DNA of 64,000 nt from an uncultured Acidobacteriota bacterium (GTDB lineage Bacteria; Acidobacteriota; Thermoanaerobaculia; UBA5066; DATFVB01): contig CAWEYG010000006.1 of assembly GCA_963813155.1 (NCBI GenBank), forward strand, positions 164,902 through 228,901. The letters are read 5' to 3'. A model generated the notes under the pieces. That model ran no database searches and was not told the DNA's origin. It saw nothing but the letters and a program-made list of their open reading frames with translations. Shown here one piece after another: positions 56,976 to 64,000 of the stretch (position 1 is its first letter; every line of letters starts with the position of its first letter). The translations under genes were made by a program, and so were the position numbers.

Positions 56976-58548
56976 ATGTCTCGCATCGCGTGCCTCCTCG
57001 TCCCCCTTTTTCCTCTCGCCGCGCGGCTGCGCAGCGAACCGGAGCTCTCGGGCGAGGCCGTCGCGATTCTCGCCGGCAACGGCAATGCGGCGCGGATCGT
57101 CGCGGCTTCCCGGGCGGCGCGCAAGGCGGGAATTCGCGCCGGGTTCTCGCTTCCCCAGGCGCGGGTCCTGCTGCCGCGCCTGATCGCCCGGGGAAGCGAT
57201 CCCGTCTGCGAGCGATCCGCCCAGGAAGCGCTGCTCGAAGCGGCGGAGACGATCTCCCCGCGGATCGAGGACGCGGGAGGCGGCCTCGCATACGTCGACA
57301 CGGAGGGAATGGATCGCTGCTTCTCCTCGGAGCGCTCGCTCGGTCAGTCGCTGGCCGCCGCCGTCGAAGCGGCCGGGCTTCCGTCGCGGATCGGCCTCGC
57401 GGGAAGCAAGCTCGCCGCGCGCGTGGCGGCCGACTCGCCCGACTCGCCCTTTTGCGTGCCGCCGGAAGAGGAGGCGGAGTTCCTTTCGCCGCTGCCGCTT
57501 TCGCGGTTGGGTCGAGATGAGGTCCTCGAAACACTCCGGCGATGGGGGCTCAAGACGATCGGGGAATTCGCGAAGCTCCCGGAAGGGGAGGTCGTCGCGC
57601 GCCTCGGCGAGCCGGGGAGGATGCTGCACCAGGCGGCGCGCGGGATCGATCCGACCCCCTTTTTCCAAGGGCCGCGCCCCCGTCGTTTGCCGAAGGCATG
57701 GACCTGGAATGGCCGCTCGTCGCCGTCGAGCCGTTTCTCTTCGTCGCGCGGGCCGCGCTCGAGCGGCTCTCCGAGCGCCTGTGCGCGCAGGCGCTCGCGT
57801 GCTCGCGACTTTCCCTCGAGTTGAAGCTCGATCCCGACGGGGTCGACGCGCGGGCCCTCGATCTGCCCGCCCCGACGCGCGAAGTGAAGACGCTCCTGAC
57901 GCTCGTTCGCCTCGATCTCGAATCGAGGCCTCCGGGAGCTCCCGTCGTCGGGTTTCGATTCGACGCGCATCCCGACCGGCCGCGCCGCGCGCAGCTGACG
58001 CTCTTCGGTCCCGCCGCGATTTCTCCGGGAGAGCTCGCAACGTGCCTTGCGAGACTCGTCGCGCGCCTCGGGGCCGGGTTCGTCGGGCAGCCGGCGGCGG
58101 CCGGCGGCCATCGCCCGGAGCGATTCGCGATCGCGCCGTACGACCCGCCGCCTCCGCCCGATCTGCGGCCCCCCCTCCGTGCCAGCCGCGGGCTCCTCGC
58201 GGTGCGGGTGCTGCGGCCGGCGATTGCGCTCGAAGTACGGGAACGCGACGGCAGCCTGCACAGATCCTCACCCCCTTCCCCTCTCCACAACTGGTGGCAG
58301 CCTTCAAATCGCGAGGTGAACGCGAGAGGGGTGGCGTGAGCCGGGGTGAGGACAAGCACGGAGGCGAGATCCCGATCCGCGGCGACGTGCGCGTCGCTTC
58401 CGGGCCGTGGCGGCTCGAGGAGGAGTGGTGGTCGGAGTCGGGCGCCGACCGCGATTACTGGGACGTCGAGCTGTCCGACGGGGCGCTCTACAGGATTTTT
58501 CAGGATCGGAAAAGCCGCGCGTGGTTCGCGGACGGGATCTATGACTGA
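56976..58548 (+). CDS. imuB: ImuB (inactive Y-family polymerase-like); frameshifts near 57670 and 58260-58350
   Basis: RIACL.VP.FPLAA, GI..G..L.QAR, SPRIE and LRRWGLKTIGE motifs; C-terminal GPWR...WW...RDYW...LYRIF...W..DGIYD. Confidence 0.88.
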
Positions 58549-61500
58549 AGGTCCTCCCACCCGGGATCTCGGGGAGCGCGCGGTCGTCGCGCTCCACTCC
58601 GAGGGCGCGCGAAAGGAGAAGCTGCGGCAGCGCGCATGGAAGCCTTCTGCCTCCGCTCTCTCGCCCCGCCCGTACGCCGAGCTCCATGCCGCGTCGGCGT
58701 TTTCGTTTCTCGACGGCGCCTCGCTTCCGGAGGATCTCGTCGACCGCGCCGCGGCGCTCGGTCTTCCCGCCGTCGCGCTCCTCGACACGAACGGGGTGTA
58801 CGGCGCGCCGCGGTTCTACAAGGCCGCGAAAGAGGCGGGTGTGCGGGCGATCGTGGGGGCGGAGGTGGTGCTGGAGGCCTCGCTCGCCGATGTCGCGGCC
58901 AGCCCCAGCGCCCCGCTCGGCAAAGGGGAGTCGCCTCTCCCCGCGGGAGAGGCCGGACCGCCGCAGGCGGGACGGGTGAGGGAATTCCGGGGCTCCCTCA
59001 CCCCGACCCTCTCCGCCGGGAGAGGGGGAGAGCTACCCGGTCCCGGGCGCCTCTCGCTCCTCGTCGGCAGCCGCGCCGGCTACAGGAATCTCTGCAAGCT
59101 GCTCACGGCGGCGGCCGCGGGGAAAGAGAAAGGGAAGGCGAGCGCTTCGTGGGAATCGATCGCGCGGCACGCGCGAAGGGCTGCACTGCCTCACCGGAGG
59201 TTCCGAAGGTCCGCTCGCCGCGATTCTCCGGAACGAAGGATTGGACGCCGGCGAAAAATTCCTGCGCCGTCTCTCGGAAATCTTTCCCGGCCGGCTCCAT
59301 GTCGAGATTCAGCGGCACCTCGACCGGGCGGAGGAGCACCGCAACCGGGCCGCGCTCGACCTCGCGCGGCGCCTCGGCCTTCCGGTCTTCGCCTCCAACG
59401 GCGCGCGCTACGCGAAAGCGGGCGACAAGGACCTCCACGACGCGCTCTGCTGCGTTCGGGAGGGGACCTCGCTCGACCGGGCGGGAAGCCTGCTCGCCGC
59501 CGGGCGCGAACGGCACCTCAAGGGCTCCGCGGAGATGTCGGACCTCTTTCGCGATCTCCCCGGCGCGCTTTCGGCGTCCTTCGATCTCGCGGAGTCCCTC
59601 GACTTCACTCTCGCTGACCTGGGCTACCGCTTTCCGGGTTACCCGCTTCCGGCGGGGGAGACGGCGAGCTCCTACCTGAGGAAGATCACCTGGAACGGAG
59701 CGCGCGCCCGCTTTCGCCCGCTGACCGCGCGCGCGCAGAGGCAGCTCGAGAAAGAGCTCGCGATGATCGAGAAACTCGACCTCGCCGGCTATTTCCTGAT
59801 CGTCTGGGACATCGTGCAGTTCTGCCGGCGGGAAAAGATCCTCGTGCAGGGACGCGGCTCGGCGGCCAACAGCGCCGTGTGCTACGCGCTCTCGATCACG
59901 GCGGTCGATCCCGTGAAGATGGACCTTCTCTTCGAGCGCTTTCTCTCGGAAGAGCGGGGCGAATGGCCCGATATCGATCTCGACCTCCCCTCGGGCGACG
60001 AGCGGGAGAGCGTCATTCAGCACGTCTACCGGACTTACGGGCCTCACGGCGCCGCGATGACCGCCAACGTCATCACGTACCGCGACCGCTCGGCCGCGCG
60101 CGAGGTGAGCAAGGCGCTGGGTTTTTCCCCGAGCAGCAGGAGCGGCTTTCGAAGCAGCTCGCGGGATGGAGTTTCGGCGAGATCCAGGAGCGCGCTGCGG
60201 GAGCTGCCGGGCGAGATCGCGGCCGCCGGTTTCGATCCCTCCGAAGAGGCGTTCGCGCCTTTTCCTGCGCCTCTGGTGCGCGATCCAGAACCTGCCGCGG
60301 CACCTCGGGCAGCATTCCGGCGGCATGATCGTCGCGGCGGGGCGGCTCGACGAGGTCGTGCCGCTCGAGCCCGTGCTCCATGCCGGGGCGCGTCGTGGTT
60401 CAGTGGGACAAGGACGACTGCGCCGATCTCGGCATCGTGAAGGTCGACCTGCTGGGGCTCGGGATGCTCGCGGCGCTGGAAGAGGCGATTCCGATGGTGC
60501 GGGAGAACGAAGGAGTCGAAGTGGACCTCGCGCACCTTCCGCCGGACGATCCCGCCGTCTACAAAATGCTGAACGAGGCGGACACGGTCGGCGTTTTTCA
60601 GCTCGAGAGCCGCGCGCAGATGGCCTCTGCTTGCCGCGGCACGCTCCGAAGCGCTTCTACGACATCGTCGTCCAGGTCGCGATCATTCGCCCGGGGCCGA
60701 TCGTCGGCGGCATGATCCGCCCCTTCTTCGACCGCCACCGGGGGCTGGCTCCCGTCGAGTACCCGCACCCGTGCCTCGAACCGATCCTCGAGCGCACGCT
60801 CGGCGTTCCGCTCTTCCAGGAGCAGCTCCTGCGGATCGCGATGGTCGCGGCCGGTTTCACGGGGGGCGAGGCGGAGGAGCTGCGCCGCGCCATGGGGTTC
60901 AAGCGATCGGTCGAGAGGATGTCGTCGATCGAGAAGCGCCTCCGCGCCGGGATGGAGGCGCGCGGCATCGACGCCGGGGCGCGCGACCGGATCGTCAAGG
61001 CGATCACCTCGTTCGCCCTGTACGGCTTTCCCGAGTCGCACGCGGCGAGCTTCGCGCTGATCGCGTACGCGAGCGCGTACCTGCGCGCCCACCACCCCGC
61101 CGCGTTCTGCGCTTCGCTCCTGAACGCCTGGCCGATGGGGTTCTACCACCCGGCGACCCTCGTCAAGGACGCGCAGCGCCACGGCGCGGAAATCCTTCCG
61201 ATCGACGTCGCCCGGTCGGGATGGAAGTGCCGGTGGGAGAAAGCGGGGAAGGCGGGCGGCGTTCGACTCGGCCTGCGGTTCGTCAAGGGGCTTCGGAAAG
61301 AAACGGGGGACGAGATCGAGCGGGAGCAGGCGATGCGGCCGTTCGGGAGCCTCGAGGATTTCGAGCGGCGGGTCCATCCCCGTTCGGGCGAGTTCGAACG
61401 CCTCGCTTTCGCCGGCGCGCTCGCCGGGTTCGGACTGACGCGCCGGGAGGCCCTCTGGCAGGCGGCGCGCGTCGCCCGGCCGGCGGGGCCGCTGCTCGAC

Positions 61501-61950
61501 TCCCTGGAGCTTGCCGGCGCATCTCCTCTGCCGGAGATGTCGGCGGCGGAGCAGACTTCGGCGGACTACGGCTCGACCGAGATGACAACCGGGCCTCACC
61601 TGATCGAGCACGTTCGTTCGCGCCTGGCGGCGAGATCGGTCGCAACCGCGGCGAGGTTGCGCGAGCTCCCCGACGGGGTCCGCGTCCGCGCGGCGGGAGC
61701 CGTCATCGTGCGTCAGCGCCCGGGCACGGCGAAGGGGTTCGTTTTTCTGACGCTCGAGGACGAGACCGGAATGGCCCAGGCGATCGTGCGGCCCGACCTG
61801 TTCCGCCTTCAGCGCGCGCTGATCGTCGGCTCGCCGGGGCTCGTCGTGGAGGGGACGCTCCAGAAGCAGGACGGGACGCTCTCGGTGAAGGCGGAGCGGT
61901 TCTGGAGCTTGCGCGACGTGGATCGCATTCCCAGCCACGACTTCCACTGA
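58541..61950 (+). CDS. dnaE2: Error-prone DNA polymerase DnaE2/ImuC (several frameshifts)
   Basis: YAELH..SAFSFLDGAS.PE, GRGSAANS, PDIDLD, HLGQHSGG, YGFPESHAASF and RQRPGTAKG motifs; C-terminal SHDFH typical of DnaE2. Confidence 0.95.
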
Positions 61951-61951
61951 A

Positions 61952-62160
61952 GTTCGCTCGCCGGCGTCGCGGCAAGCCCCAGCTCTCGCTCGGCTGGCGG
62001 GTCCTGTCGCGGGACTCGACCCGTCGTTCCGACTCGCTGCGGATTGAGGACTTTGCTACGACTCCGCGCCGCGAGCGGCAACGAGGGTCTCCCCCCGCGC
62101 CACCCGCCAGCCTGCGCGGGAGCCGTTGGCCCCGGGCCGCTCCGTCGGCTGCGCTCAGGG
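61952..62160. repeat. Family B mosaic repeat downstream of dnaE2
   Basis: Built from three units that also occur at 17101-17217, 56805-56955 and 58873-58922. Confidence 0.8.
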
Positions 62161-62895
62161 ACGAGCTGTTTTCCACTCCGTGCTGCGGTACTCCAGCCAG
62201 TCCGCCGTCTGCTGGGCGACCGGATCTCCGAAATAGAGCGCGACGACATGCAGCGCGAGGTCGAACCCGAACGTCAGGCCGCCGGCCGTGAACGTGTGGG
62301 CGTCGCTTTGGACGAATCGCGCGCCCCGCCGCAACTCGACTTTCGGAAAGTACTTCGTAAAATCGTCGTAGAAGCCGTGGTGGGTCGTCGCCGGTTTTCC
62401 GTCCAGGAGGCCGGCGCTGGCCAACCGGTAGGCGCCGGTGCATACCGACATGATCACCTCCGTCTTCGGATTCGCGGCGGCCTTTTGCAGCCACGCCTTC
62501 ATTGCGGGAGATCCGGACTGAGCTCCGACGACGACGATGCGCGGCGTGGGAGCCTCCGCGAAGCTGTATCGAGGAGTGACGGTCATGTCGCCTCGACCTG
62601 CACCGGCCGGACGGAGTCGCTCACGAAAAAGACATCGAAGGGATACTGGTCGTCACCCGGAATGTCCTCGCCTTTCGAATCTCCGCGGCCCTTGACGCGA
62701 ACGTTTCCGAACACCGTCCTGGGGCCGACGAAATCGATCAGGTTCGCGTTTTCTGTCACGGCGATCGCGACCGTAATCTTTCCGGTCCTCGGCGCCGAGA
62801 GGGCGGACGCGGGCTTCGTTGCCGGGGAGGGCGCGGCGGCGGCGAGCGACCCCGGCCGCGGCGAGAAGGGCTATCGCGATTCGAAGGGTCGTCAT
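62155..62895 (-). CDS. Exported DJ-1/PfpI family protein (frameshifted)
   Basis: Signal-like N-terminus, IDFVGP..VF, SVCTGA..LA.AGLLDGKPATTH and TAGG...G.DLAL motifs. Confidence 0.8.
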
Positions 62896-62904
62896 GGGTT
62901 CTTT

Positions 62905-64000
62905 TCAGTTCGAGCGCAGCGCGACCATGGGGTCGACCCGGGTCGCGCGCCGGCCGGGAAGCAGGCAGGCGATTGCCGCGGTCGCGATGAGCGTCGCGGA
63001 GACCACAAGGAACGTCAGGGATTCGTCGGCGCGACCGAGAACAAGAGCGCCGCGAGGACCCGCGTGAACGCGAAAGCGCCGACGAGCCCGATCGCGAGCC
63101 CCAGGAACACGGGCCGCATCGCCTGGCGGACGACCATCTGGAGGACGTCGCCCTTCGACGCTCCGAGCGCCATGCGAATCCCGATCTCCCGCGTTCGTGG
63201 CCGACCGAGAACGCGGTGACAGCGTAGATACCAACCGTCGCGAGCGAGCAGGGCGACTACGGCGAAACGCGTCGTCATTTGTAATTGGAATCGCCGCTGC
63301 GCGAGCGCTCGTGAAGCACGTCTTCGAGGGTGTGCACGTCGCACACGGGCGGTCCGGTCGACTTCTGCACGGCCCGAACAGTGCTTCGCGAGAACCGCCG
63401 GGGTCGAGGCAGTTCGGATCAACACCCGCATCGCCAGGTTGGCCGCTGGACGCCGGGATGTAGACATGTGTCACCGGCAGGGCCTCAAGGGTTCCGCTCT
63501 TCAACGTCGCCCACCACGCCGACGATGTCGCGCCACCGGACCGGCTCGCCGCCGATGTTGATCCGGTGGCCGACGGCGGCTCCCTCGCCGCCGAAATCGC
63601 GGCGGGCGAAGGCCGCGTTCACGATCGCGACCAGGGGCGCCGGCGGGCTGTCCGAGCTGCCGAAGGCGGCCGGGACCTCGTGTTCCGTCGAAGCTTCGTC
63701 CGTGCAGAAGGGGGATGCCGACGACCGGAAAGAACAGCGGGCTCACGATCTGCGGGTAAACCTGCGGCGGGGCGGCGCCGGCCGGCGACGGCCGGCCTTC
63801 GATGTCGAACGAGGAGTTCCACGGCGTCCCGCCGGAGAGCGGGAACGCGGAAGCGATCGCGACTCCCCGAACGCCCGGGAACCCGGCGATTTTCTCGAGG
63901 AGGCGGTCATAGACGGCGCGGGACTTCTCCGGCGTCGTGTACCGAGACCAGTCGAGCGAAACGCGGGCAGTCAGAACGTTTTCGGGCGCGAAGCCGGGAT
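62905..64000 (-). CDS. ABC permease C-terminal part (acidobacterial ADOP-like), partial and frameshifted
   Basis: RTREIGIRMALGA, LP.RRATRVDPMVALR, GIPLLHGRSF and IVN.AFARR motifs. Confidence 0.8.

Noticed and set aside
55746-62160. Integrative element at tRNA-Arg carrying imuABC
   Set aside because: No integrase and no duplicated tRNA 3' end in the window, and composition matches the flanks.

Overview
High-GC bacterial chromosomal window, probably Acidobacteriota (Thermoanaerobaculia-like, inferred from protein families). Many genes carry single-base frameshifts that look like uncorrected long-read errors rather than decay. Contents in order: (1) four tandem GT-C membrane glycosyltransferases with C-terminal TPR modules, facing an amino-sugar aminotransferase/acetyltransferase pair and two paralogous secreted collagen-like proteins (one Gly-X-Ser, one Gly-X-Thr) carrying CBM5/12-like modules; (2) queD-surE-pcm-acylphosphatase-apt and a REC-EAL protein; (3) a poly-HAMP hybrid histidine kinase plus a second hybrid kinase; (4) an ATPase-less MacAB-TolC-like exporter divergent from hpnJKIL; (5) three overlapping GloVer-repeat beta-propeller surface proteins; (6) shc-hpnH-hpnA-hpnG-squalene synthase-dxs-ispH; (7) tRNA-Arg(CCT), imuA-imuB-dnaE2, a DJ-1/PfpI gene and a partial ABC permease. 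Palindromic repeats occur between genes and inside four genes. The best candidate for an undescribed system is the GT-C/TPR plus Ser- versus Thr-collagen locus (possible surface-fibre O-glycosylation). The tail-to-head chained propeller genes are the second candidate. All functional links are inferences from sequence alone.
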